Assembly: GCA_965153455.1 (NCBI GenBank)
Contig: OZ234493.1
Coordinates: 31,424,213 to 31,488,212 of the forward strand
DNA length: 64,000 nucleotides
Source of the DNA: Sphagnum compactum
Taxonomy: Eukaryota
Direction: 5' to 3'
A program made the position numbers and the translations under genes. Positions within the stretch are counted from its first letter, which is position 1; each line of letters opens with the position of its first letter. The notes under the pieces were generated by a model. It was not told the origin of the DNA, searched no databases, and worked only from the letters and a program-made list of their open reading frames with translations. Positions 26,900-38,700 of the stretch are shown in pieces.

Positions 26900-27530
26900 T
26901 CTCTTCACTCGCCTGGTTCCTTTATGTTCCCCTCAAGTGCCCAATGATTTTTTTTAAAATTTTGTTCTCAAAATGTTCCCCAAGTTCACACTGGGTTCGC
27001 CACAGCAACACACTTTTTTTGTCCCATATATGTAGGTAGCCAGCCCAAAGCAAAAGACTACATTTTGTCTATTTTAGGAGTTATGCCAAAGTGAGGGGTG
27101 TGTGTTTCTTTTTTGTTGTGGTGAACCAATCAAAGACGTCCACCACCAAACGAAAAAATAAACAAAGCTTGACTATCCCCCCAAATCATTAATGCTAATA
27201 AATAAATAAATAAATAAGTAAGTACCCCCAGTCTATAATGGGGGTATTAGCCCAGGCCAAAAATGGTGACGAACAGTTTTGGGAAATAAAAATTTCATGC
27301 AGCCAATGGGAAGGCTAAGCATGCACTCAAAGTGCCTTGATTTTTTTTCTTTTAGGTTTTGGGGAGGGGGAGGGGGAGGAGGAGGTGGGGAGGATTTTTT
27401 TTCATTTTTCCTTTGTTCCCAACATGTTCCCTTCAAGTTTCCATCAGGTTCGCAATGTGTTTTGCAAGGCTGTTCCCAATAGCACCTCAGATTTTATCCC
27501 ATGTCCTCATGTATATAAACTGAAAAGTAG
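26900..27530. repeat. Two related interspersed-repeat fragments (TGTTCCC-rich)
   Basis: Both 26920-27030 and 27410-27500 carry TGTTCCC(C/T)TCAAG...ATGTTCCC...AGCA(A/C)C...CCCAT. No coding signal; class unknown. Confidence 0.35.
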
Positions 27531-27869
27531 TATCTCATAGGCAATCTTCATATTAAAACTAAATAGTAGAGTGACATAAATTTTTTGCCTTAGAAATTCT
27601 TTTTTTAATGGCAAGGTAATATTTAATCATTTCAATCAAATTCACTATTTTGGATTCATTTGGGATTTTTTTTAATTGGTTCTAGTGTAAAGCAATAAAT
27701 GGTACATCAATTTTAAAATTATATTTAAAAAAGTTTATGGGTGAGAGCAAGATAATATATATTTTTTAATAAACTAATATAAAAGAGGAAATTTTGTCAC
27801 CTACTATGAAGATGTTCTTACTTACATTCCATGTAATTGTATTAATTATATCCTCATCCATATCATATA

Positions 27870-28993
27870 TCTATCTTATATATTAATTCAGTAAGTCTGT
27901 CTGTGCCTCTGTCTAACACGACAATTCTGCTGCAATTCTATGGCAGAACCGGCCTCTGCATTTTCTATGACAGAATCGGGCAATGCATTTTCTATGACAT
28001 GGCTTGGTAACGGGGCGAGGGGGGGGTCAGCACGGGCGCGAGGGGGTCAACACGAGGCGGGAAGTTAATTATATATAACAGGGGAACTGGGGGGGATCAA
28101 CGGGTTAAAGAATCGGAGTGGAAAATGCGAAAGAGGGGGGGGCTCGACGGGGTAAAGAACCGGAGTGGGCAATGGGAAGGACCGGGCGGGGGGGGGAGCT
28201 CGACGGGTGCATTATGCATCGGGTTCACACTAGTACTATTAATTCAATAAGTCTGTCTCTGACGGAGGTTTTAGGGGGTGGGGGAGGGAGAGGCCGCTGA
28301 AGCAGAAGGTGACAGGGCTTGGTAACGGAGCGGGGGGGGGGGGGGGAGGGGCCAGCACGGGGCGAGAAGTTAATTATATATAACAAGGGAACGGGGGGGG
28401 GGGGGGGGGGGATCAACGGGTTAAAGAATTGGAGTGGAAAATGCGAAGGACGGGGGGGTTGACAGGGTAAAGAACCGGAGTGGGCAATAGGAAAGACCGG
28501 GCGGGGGGGAGCTCGACGAGTGCATTATGCACCGGGTTCACACTAGTATTAATTCAGTAAGTCCGTTTGTCTGTGACGAGGGTTTTGGGGGGTGGGGGAG
28601 GGAGAGGCCGGTGAAGCAGCGGGCGATGCCCAACACTACGTCTGTCTGTGACAGGGCTTGGTCTGTCAGTCTGTCTTGGGCACGGGCGGGAACTAGGCAC
28701 GGACTGGGCACGGGCACGGGCACGGGCAGGACTGGGCACGGGCACGGGCAGGACTGGGCACGGGACTGGGCACAGACTGGGCACGGGCACGGGCGGACTG
28801 GGCCCGGGAGAGGGGCACGGCACAGACGGACTGGGCACGAGCGGACTCGGCACGGGCACGGGCACGAGCACGGGCACGGGACTGGGCACGAGCACAGACG
28901 GACTGGGCACGAGTTGAGCACGGGTGGACTGAGCATGGCACGGGCGGGCTGGGCACGAACGGATTGTGTCCGAACGTCACGGGTACCCACTAG
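27870..28993 (+). mobile_element. Head-to-tail trimer of non-autonomous Helitron-like units
   Basis: 5' end A|TCTATCTTATATATTAATTCAGTAAGTC. Three units each start TATTAATTCARTAAGTCYGT and end in CACTAG|T (CTAG at 28230-28233, 28543-28546, 28990-28993). Units 1-2 have a GTGCAT-T-ATGCAY hairpin before the end. Confidence 0.7.
28677..28957 (+). repeat. GGGCAC / GGACTGGGCAC minisatellite inside the third Helitron unit
   Basis: Dense GGGCAC hexamers interleaved with GGACT. This explains the low-complexity ORFs in several frames. Confidence 0.9.
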
Positions 28994-29194
28994 TTAATGT
29001 AAGTGTATAACAATATAAGACCATTTCATGCCATGTCAACATGTTGAAATGGAGTTGTACAAAAAAATATGATATTGAATAAAACAATGTAAATAATAAT
29101 AATTGAAGGAAAATAATGAATCTGAAACATGTGGATATGATGTCTATGTATATATGATTTTTTTCATGTGTCTCCCTAGTACACACACCCAAAT

Positions 29195-32100
29195 CAATGG
29201 TTCTTTTTTGGGTGAGATTTCACATTTTTTGACTTGAAAATTATGATTTCAACACATCTAAAAGATTTTTGTGAGAAGAAATATTTGCCAAAATTTTGAA
29301 AGACATAGATTTTTAAATCCCCAAATTCGTAGAACAAATTTTAGCAAATAGCCAAAATATAATTGATTGTTAAAATATACAGTTCACATATACAGAGATT
29401 GTTTGATGAATCAAATGTTGTTGCACTGACTGAAACACACTTGTTCCCTGATGAAACACCACTGCATATGCCTGGTTTTCAGTGTTTACACAATCCACGC
29501 CCTGTATTTGACATGAGCTCAGTCAGAGCAGCAATGAAGCATAGTGGTGGTGTTGTAGTATTTGTAAATGACTCTTGGTCACTGTGTATCCCTATGGAAA
29601 CAGAGCACAAATGGCACCAGATTGTGGCTACAGTTCCAACGCTCGGGGGCTGCACCGTTGTTTTTGGCTGTAGTGTATGCTCCACCCAAAGGGTCCCCAT
29701 ATGCTAATGAAGGCTTGTTTGATAACATTGCTGCAGAGGTCGGCATGATTCAGGACCTTGGGGGCAGTATTTTACTCACTGGTGATTTCAATGCAAGGAC
29801 CAGTGCAGCTGACGACTATGTTGATTGTCGTTACTTTGTAGAGCACATGCCTGACACGCTGCCATTGGGGAATGACTTCCCGGAGGTTTTGCCTAAGCGA
29901 CACAACTCGGACAAGGGGGGGTTGAAAGGTTGGCACAATGAGTTCTTAGACCTTTGCAGCTCCTCGGGATTGTTCATTCTCAATGGCAGGATCGCAAGCG
30001 ATGAATCAGGGGAATGCACTTGCCTTGCCAATGGCGGCTCCAGCCTTGTGGATTATATGGTCGCATCACCTGCTCTGTTTGATTGTGCCACATCACTTGT
30101 GGTACATAAATGCCCTCTATTCTGTGGAAAAGGGGGTGATTCCGACCACAGGCCACTTTCACTCAACTTGCAGTTACCTTGGCAACATGTGTCACCAACA
30201 ATTTCAGACTCTCGTGCAGACATCCGTCGTTTCAAATATGATGCTAGCAAGTGCACACAGTATTGTCAACACCTGCAGCAACAGATTGCCCAGTGCACAA
30301 CACAGATGAGTGACACAAACAATGTTGACATGGCCGTGCAGTTGTTGCATGATTGCATTTGTAACGCCGTTGCGGCTGTGCATGGTTGCCCTGTGGCACG
30401 CACCAGTACAACACAACATCGTCATCAACCATGGTTTGATACTGAATGTTGTAGCAAGCACAAGGAAGTATCTGCATATGCAAAGCTTCATCCTAACAGC
30501 CATTTAGCACGCGAATAGAAGAAGCAACTTAAACAGCTACTGTGTCGTAAGAAACGCACGTACAAGAAGCTGCAAGGGCGACAGTTGTGTGCACTAACAA
30601 AGACAGATCCAGCCAGCTTTTGGAGGCAATACTCCAAGACCAAGGAACGATCCGTTGCTATCAGCAAAACAGACTTGGTTGCTGGCTTCCAGAAGCTATT
30701 GGAAGGACAATGCCCCAGTAATACAGCTGGGGCACAAGGTAGCTCTACAGATCAGGTGGTCTTGAACTTGTCACACCCTTTTGCAAGTGATGCTTGCAGC
30801 ACACTAAACTGTGACATAACCTTAGATGAAATTGCGCAAGTGATGAGGAGACTCAAACGTAACAAGTTTGCTGGCTTAGATGGCATCAAAGCAGAGTTTC
30901 TGCTTGATGCTGGCGATATGTTGCATGTACCACTATAGATTGTATTCAACAAGTTGTTGCAACAAGGTTATTCAGCAAGCTTGTCTACTGGAGTCATTCA
31001 TGCATTGCACAAGGGTGGTGATGCCTTGCAATTTGAAAACTACAGGGGAATCACAGTGGGTCCTGTATTAGCTAAGGTGTTTGCCATGATTCTTGAGGCA
31101 CGGTTGAGCAACTGGGTAGAAAAGAGGGGCCTACGTGCCAGGGGACAGGCTGGTTTTAGGAAAGATTTCCGCACCACGGATAACTTGTACATTTTGCGAA
31201 CGCTCATTGAACAGAGCATTCATAAACGCAAAAAGGTGTACTGTTGTTTTGTGGACTTCCGCAAAGCTTTTGATACAGTGCCCCGTGATCTGCTATGGCA
31301 AGTGCTAGATGAGATGGGAATTGTGGGTCGCTGCATGCAGTGTCTACAGAGCATGTATAGCCAGGATAGCGTCAGAGTTATGCATCCAACAGAAGGGCTA
31401 TCAGCCCGGTTCCCATGTGGCATTGGGGTCAAACAAGGCTGTCCACTGAATCCACTGCTTTTTGGACTCTACCTTGATGGACTTGAGAAACATCTAGATG
31501 CACTTGAGGGCGACAGCCCGCCACAGCTGGCAGACATAATAGTCAAATTACTGTTGTATGTCGATGATCTGGCATTAATGTCAGAAAACCCACAAGGGTT
31601 GCAGAAACAAATAAATGATTTGTCTGAGTTTTGTGTTGACCGACAATTGGTCATCAATGTGAGCAAGACCAAGGTGGTGGTGTTTGAGAAACACCGCAGT
31701 GTAGTGCCAGAGTTCACATACAGAGGGACAACCATTGAGCGGGTTCAATCATTCAGATACTTGGGCTTAAAGTTACATAGTACAAAAGGCATGGCAGTAG
31801 CCATAGCCAAATTGACTGCTGCTGGGAAGAAGGCACTGTTTGCATTACGCCGCAGATGCAATGATCTGAGCATAATAGATCCGGAAGTAATGTGTCAGTT
31901 GTTCGACTCACTGGTATGCCCAGTACTGAGCTATGCATGCGAGGTGTGGACAGGTTGTACAGGGGCGAAAGGGTTGCAACAAGCAGAACAAGTACATAGA
32001 ATGTTCCTGAGAGGAATATTAGGGGTCAATAAAACAACAAACACTTTTGTTGTATTGGGGGAGTTTGGTAGGTATCCATTAGAATATTTCTGGTGGCAAC

Positions 32101-32945
32101 AAACTCTCAAGTATTATGATAGGCTACGGAAATCCACAGCAGATCGTCTGTTGTACTGTGCCTACCAGACCCAGATCCAAATGTTCAGCATGCTCAATGA
32201 TAACCAACAATGTTGGCTCCGGAACGTGCAGTTGTGGCTTAAAGACCAAGGTGTTGAGGTTCTCTATGCTAATATCAAGTGTGCTATAGCAAGTGCACAG
32301 GCTTCTTACCTAGAATCTACTTATGGTGAACAGGCCAGAACCAAAAGTAGCAGATTACGTACATACCAGCTGATGAACACAAGCTGTACAACAGAATCTG
32401 GATACTCATATGCACATCAGAGGTATTCGCAAGTGATCACAAATGTTCAGCTCAGGCAATCTTTGTCAAGGTTCAGATGTTCAAATCATCGTTTGGAGGT
32501 AGAGTGTGGCAGGCATGCAAAGCCTGAGAGTGTCCCGAGGAGAGATAGGATTTGTCGTCTATGTTCCCTAGGAGCTGTTGAGGATGAAGACCACTTGTTG
32601 TTAATGTGCCCAGCTCACCATGACATTCATTGCAAGTTTAGTCAACAGTTAGGGAAACAATTGACACTATGCAGCTTACTTCCTGAATTGATGCATTCGG
32701 CTAATCAGAAAGCGGTAGCTTTGTACTTAGTTTCTTGCCTAGACAACAGGAGTGTTTTGCTCAAGTCAACTATGTAATTGTCGTCAAATGGATCTCTTTG
32801 GTCCGGGTATTGACGTTAAATTAAAAGAAAGAAAAAAAGAAAGTTAAAAAAATTCCCTACTTTAATGAATGACCTATAACCAAATTTGACTAAATCTTCA
32901 TGTGGATGAATACCAATTTGGCTACATTAATATTTTTTAAAAAAA
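29195..32945 (-). mobile_element. MITE-family copy split by the LINE (29195-29375 and 32843-32945)
   Basis: The left part ends ATAGCCAAAATATA..TTGTTAAAA. The right part continues AAATTCCCTACTTT...CAAATTTGACTAAATCTTCATGTGGATGAATACCAATTTGGCTAC, the reverse family core, in the same order as the copy at 56990-57100. Confidence 0.55.
29376..32842 (+). mobile_element. RTE/RTEX-like LINE (AP endonuclease + RT + C-terminal Cys/His motif), 5'-truncated and inactivated
   Basis: Endonuclease motifs VALTETHL, SGGVVVFV, VYAPP, TGDFNAR, SLVDY, SDHRP. RT motifs NYRGI, QAGFR, FVDFRKAFDTV, GVKQGCPLNPLLF, LLYVDDL, FRYLG. C-terminal RFRCSNHRL...CRLC...EDEDHLLLMC. One frameshift near 29570 and in-frame TAG at 30516-30518 and 30936-30938. 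(GAAA)-type tail at 32823-32842; candidate TSD GTTAAAA at 29369-29375 and 32843-32849. Confidence 0.9.
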
Positions 32946-33299
32946 AAAAAAATTTTAAAAACAAAACCTTACCCCCATCACATCTCTACCAATGTATTCA
33001 TAGAAACCTCAATTTGTAATGGTCCAAAAAATTTATAAATATCCCATCCTTACACTAGATGAAGGTCTTTGGATGCAAATTTAACATTTCCAAGGTTCAA
33101 ATATAGCCACAAAAGGGCCTTTGCTCGAGAAACTGAAAGTATTGTTAAGATGTTGGTTCAGCCCTAGCCAATGGGGGTATGGGAAGTGAGGGACAATAAA
33201 TTGTTTCCATAGAAACTCCACTTGAAAAAGGGGGGAAAAAGAAGGAGATTAAGTAACACCAAAAATAATTGATTGTTTGAATTTTTGAATTGATGATTA

Positions 33300-33942
33300 G
33301 TCATTTGAATTTGATATATTTTCATGAATCAGTTTAAATTTAGAAAAATATTGAATTATTTATAATAATTTTTTGAATTAATTTTTTTGATTCATATTAA
33401 ATATTAATTAATATGTAATAGCAAATAAATTATTGAAAAGTAATTCATTATTAAATATTTAAAATTAAATATTTTTTAAGTTATTAAATTATTAATAGTT
33501 GAACAATAGTTACAAAATAGTGAAAAAGTAGTATTTTTTATAATGACAACATAGTTGCAAAACTGATTGTATCAATGGGAATTGTAGTTGACAACTAATT
33601 GCAAGTGTCGTCATATGTAATGGGTGATAAAAATGTGTACATGTGGCACGATAATATGTATTGAATTTTTACACTACTTGTAATGTAAATTGTTAATTGA
33701 GTGATACATTTGTACTGATTATAATGTAATTGGCACACACAACTAAAATGTAATTTGTCAAAAAGTCAAACATGATGAATTACATATGTAAATGTCTCAT
33801 TTGTAATTATAATATAACTTTTTGATTTTTTTACATGTCATTTTATTAATTAATTGACCATACTTTTATGTTTTAGTTGTAGTGTAGTTGTATATTAGTT
33901 GTTTTGAAACTACAGTTGTTGTAGGGCAATGTAATTCTAGTG
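33300..33942. mobile_element. AT-rich fragment with a CACTA-like terminus
   Basis: Repeated TAGTTG(C/T)A motifs; ends TTCTAGTG (reverse complement CACTAGAA) just before a hAT fragment. Left boundary is approximate. Confidence 0.35.
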
Positions 33943-33960
33943 GATATGATTTCTCATAAT

Positions 33961-34250
33961 GTTTTGTAGCTTGACAAATCTTGGGGATTAAGTAATCTCA
34001 TATTGAAGTAAAAAGAATGGTCAATATTGCAAGTATTTGCACAAATCTACGATGTTCTTGTTTGGGCATGGATAATTTTGAAAGCTTATAAACATTTGCA
34101 AGAACTGGCTTGACGATGCTCGTGTTGGTGACTCTCTATCATGCATAAAAAATTTTATGGAAATGAAACAAGTCCTAATAGATAAAAATGAAGATGTAAT
34201 TGCATCATTGGGTCTTTTGGATATGGATATGGATGATATATATTCTTTTC
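33961..34250 (+). pseudogene. hAT transposase C-terminal dimerisation-domain relic
   Basis: Reads FVA*QILGI..SHIEVKRMVNIASICTNLRCSCLGMDNFE...KNWLDDARVG across disablements, resembling the LARQILGIxGSQIETERIFSxAG...KNWP pattern of hAT C-termini. Confidence 0.6.
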
Positions 34251-35787
34251 AATGATGTTTCAAATTTTCGAAACCTAACCAAGAGTTAACTAAAACCTAT
34301 GTTAGAACTAGGAACTAACCTATTTTGAAATAGCCCTATAACTGGAATTAAAACTGGCCTTCACATTGAAAAATTGAAATTGAAACCAAATCCTACTTTT
34401 AAAAAAAAAAAAAAACCTATTAAAAATCAAAATCAACTACATAAATTTTATTGGAATCGAAATCAAAAGGTTCCTTCTAAAACTCAAGAATTGCACAACA
34501 CTAGTTAATAACTTAATTTTCATAAGTGAGATCTCTTAAAAATTTAAAGCCTACATCAACTTGGGAAATGTTAAAATTGAACTTTGATTTAATCTAATGA
34601 AAAAATAATTTTTAATGGGGCCGAAATATTTATAATGATTAGAAATAACTTAAATGTTTTTGGGGTTTTGGGGTATTACTAGTGTTGTGTGATTATTTGA
34701 ATTTTAAAAAATAGTTGCTCCAATTATTTGTTTTTTTAAAACCCAAGAAATGATTAATTATGGTTATTCTAAAATCAAATAATCGCATGTTTTAAATATT
34801 TCAAAAACGTGGAAGAAGCAAACAATTTTCATGAAAGAACCAATGAAGTACTAACGGTCCATTTTATTTAAAAAATTATTTGAAAATTTCAAAAAATGTA
34901 AAAACCATGGTCACATACTAAAATCAAATTTTTGTTTGGTTTGATAACTAGTTCTTAATAAGTTTGATGAAATTTTTTTTTAAAATTATTAGTTGTTAAA
35001 AATTTATTTTTTAAAAAAATTGTAAAAAGGTCAAATTTTTTTTGTTAATTTTTAATATTTTAGTTTCATATGCTTTGATATTTTATTTTATTTTTTAGGT
35101 GAAAGGTCAAAATTTTGTCAACCTGTGATGTGAAAAATTTGTTGATATTATTTGTCACATTAAAATGAAAAATGAAAAATTAAATTTTTTAAAAATTTAA
35201 ATTATATAAATTTTTTAAAGAAAAACTCTTGCGATAAAATATTCCCTTTTTCCAATTTTTTTTTTGCAACAAAATAAAACGCTTGGTGTCAGGTAGTACC
35301 AAAAGTTTAATTAATTAATTAATTAAAAAAAGAAAATAGGACACAGTACTGTGTATGTCCTAAAGAGGCAGGCACTATATTAATAAGACTATTGCACGAT
35401 ATTTTTTCTCTGTAATGAAATTAAGTAAAAGTAGCAGCAGTAAATATGAACACACGAGTGCGGCCCAGAGCGCCACCGCTTGCACCAAGCTCTCTCGAGG
35501 AGTCAGTCCCCCGATTGTGTTGTCGCCTTCATTCGCAAGAGTTGCCAGAGATTGTGCGCTTTTGCTTCGGATTTGTGTAGGTGAAGCGACTCAAATACCT
35601 AGTGTTGCGGGAAGACCGAAGAGAAGAGAAGAGAAGAGAATCTGAAGTTGTTGCATGCTCTGCCACTGAATTCTTGGAAGAAAAACACAGACTGAGGAGG
35701 AGGAGGAGGAGGACAAGGAGGAGGACAAGGAGGAGGAGCATTACTATTGTTGTTATTATTATTATTATTATTGTATCAGAACGGAAT

Positions 35788-38700
35788 ATGAGTAAAGTAG
35801 AGCCCGGGACTTCCTCCTTCTATGTCTATATCGTCGTCATCGTCGGCTTGGTGCTTTTCGCAGGTATGATGTCTGGGCTTACGCTGGGACTCATGTCGCT
35901 AGGACTTGTGGATCTGGAAGTGCTTGTCAAATCTGGCCAACCTTCGGATCGCAAATATGCAGGTAAGGAACTTTCCTTTCTCTCCCTCCTCTGTCCTGTT
36001 TCCGGCAGGGTTTTTCTTTAAAATCTTTTTGTTCTTTTTTTTTCGGTGACGAAAATTGTCGTGGTTTGTTGTTCTTCATCTGTAGCTTTCTTGAATGCTT
36101 ATTGACGGTTTACTCCCTTTGCGTGCCTTTTGTTGTGCGAGTGTTTCATTTTTATTCTTCGGAATGAATATTCGTAGATAGATAGTGTTATATATTGCAC
36201 GCCTCTTTGGAATGTGTTATCGCGAGACCTGTGTAATTGCTGCGTGATCTACTACCGGACGATGCGAGGAGGAGAGAAACGTCCTTGTATGTAATCCCTT
36301 AGCGGTTTTCTGGAGCCAGATTCCCTTCATCTTTCTGTTTTCTTTTGTTGCCGCTTCTAGGATTGAATTTTCCCGAGCTGGAAGCAATTAGTCTGTTCCA
36401 CATTCTGCGATAGGCGATCTTGTGTGTTGGATAATATGCAGATATGTGTTTGCATGTGTGAGGAGAGTCATTGGAAAAAGGAGTCACATGCTAGTGGTGG
36501 AGACTGTGTCCAGAAACGTTTGGTCAAGCTAACGAGGTGTCTTTAGATCTTAGCAATTGTTTTGCAACTCATTTGGATCATCATCATCAACTAACTGCCT
36601 GGATTTATTTGTGCAGCCAAGATCTTACCGGTGGTCAAGAACCAGCATCTGCTACTTTGCACCCTCTTGATAGGGAATGCACTTGCAATGGAGGTATGTT
36701 GCTTGTCTTTCTAAGTGTTGAAAGGATCATGGATATATGGTGTGTTCAACCATTGGACTGCAGTTTGTAGTAAGTTTGGCACTCCCAGGGAACTGGACCC
36801 ACCTCCTTCCAAGAATACTGGGGCATTTTTCAGCTTTGAGGGTGTTGTTGATAAGATCATGGTGGGGAAAAATCCCGTTTTTTTGCAATGTACAACTTGC
36901 CCTGAGGGAGCATGTGGTTTTTGGTGTGAGCTTTGACTGCAACAAGTTCACTGATATTCTGTTCATCCCATTGTTTTAATTTCAGGCACTACCTATATTT
37001 CTGGATGCAATTGTCAACACATGGGGTGCAATCCTTATTTCAGTCACCTCGATTCTCATGTTTGGGGAGGCAAGTTCAGTTTCTCCTCCTGCCAATAGGA
37101 ATTGATACATGTTATTAATACCTTTGGAGTTTGGATATAATGTTCTAAAATGTGCAGGAAAATTTCGATAAATGGAGAACTGTTGGGATTATTATAAATG
37201 AATCATGCAGTTCTGGGAGTTGTTCTGGACGGTAGAGCTTTGAAGAGATGACTAGCATGTGAAAATGCTAACTGGTCTGTGAAGCATGGCAGGTGCATTA
37301 GCTCCAACTGATTTTTCCAGCTGGAGCTAATGTAACTAAGAATGTCTCACCAACGGAGATTGTTCATAGTGTTTGCCCTTTGATTGATGGCCAGGGGGTC
37401 TCAGCCTGGATACTGCCCTCAAGCTGGGCTTTCTGGCAGGCATATTCAATATATTGGGACTTAAGTATACATTGTGTCCACGTGTCTACTTTTCAACTGT
37501 CTGTATCTTTCTGGCATACTTTATAACTCTCTAAGTGACCACTTGGTTGAAGGAATTGTCTTTGCTGTGTGGGGATGAGGTTAGATTGCACCCCAAGCAA
37601 TTTGCTCCAGATTTGGGTTAGCAGTCGGTGCAGCTATGGCACCAGTGGTCCATGTACTCCTTGTTATATTCTTCCCAGTTGCCTTTCCAATCAGCAAGGT
37701 AAGGATTTGCTCTGACTTTTGACCCAAAGTGACACATAGGAATTTGGAGAATCAGCAGGGGTTGCATGTAGACTGTTTTGGATGTTCTGCTTTTATGCAG
37801 TAGTGTCTGACTGTTATACCACCCTTTGCCCGTAGTTTCAAGCCAACAGTTTTGGTGATTTGGCATAAGTTCCTGCTGATGACTCTCAATGTTTCTGTAG
37901 TGACAAGTTGGATTGCCTGGTGAATTATCTGTGATCCACTTGATGTTTCTTGAGGATAGTACTTTTTACATATTCAGTTGATCTTTGAAAATAAACTCTG
38001 TTTAGACTCTCATTGGCAGAGAGGACTGATCAGCATTTTTCACACTTTTGCAGCTCTTGGATTTGATTCTTGGAAAAGGTCACGACCCTCTTTTCCGTCG
38101 GGCTGAGCTAAAGACTTTAGTGGACATGCATGGGAATGCGGTGCGAATGCCCTCATGCTCCCTTCAGTTCTTCATGCCATTGTGCATTCTGGAATTGCAG
38201 TGCTTGGTTGAACACTTGAATAGGCCACTCATTTTAAAAGAGAGGCCATTTTGCCTTTTGGTGGGCAAAAAATTGTTTTCTTTTCTTTGTGTTGCTTACA
38301 AAGACTCCATCAAAATCCCTACTTTTATAAGCACTGCTAATTTAATTTCTCTCACAGAGTTTCACAAAAATTTTACAAAGCTGTTTTTCCTGTGATCAAT
38401 AACATAAGTTACCAAGTTACATAAAGCAAATGTTCCATCACAAAGTAGCAGATTCTGAAAGCCTCCTCAGGAACCCTTGATGCCATCAAATTCTTGAATC
38501 CCTCAATTTTGAATTTAAAGAAAGTCAGATTCACCTACCAATTAAAGCTAGCATGAAAGTTCTAGCAACAAGCAACATTGAAGTGTTAACCCTTGTAGTT
38601 TCAAACCTGTTCAGGTTTTAAGGACATTACTCGACTTTAGGTTTGTTTAGGTAGAGGGCAAGGGGAAGCTAAGCTCAATTGATGCATATTCTCAGCCTAA

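Noticed and set aside
28527-28997. Pro/Cys-rich and Gly/His/Thr-rich ORFs as extensin or metallothionein genes
   Set aside because: Several frames on both strands are open only because the GGGCAC hexamer lacks stops, and it lies inside a Helitron-like unit.
30516-30938. Programmed read-through, recoding or editing of two in-frame TAG codons in the LINE
   Set aside because: The copy also has a frameshift, a 5' truncation and altered RT motifs; CAG>TAG decay is simpler.
35581-35787. N-terminal extension of the DUF21 protein (poly-Arg, poly-Ile)
   Set aside because: GTG start and translation of GAG/ATT microsatellites in the 5' UTR; family homology starts at ATG 35788.
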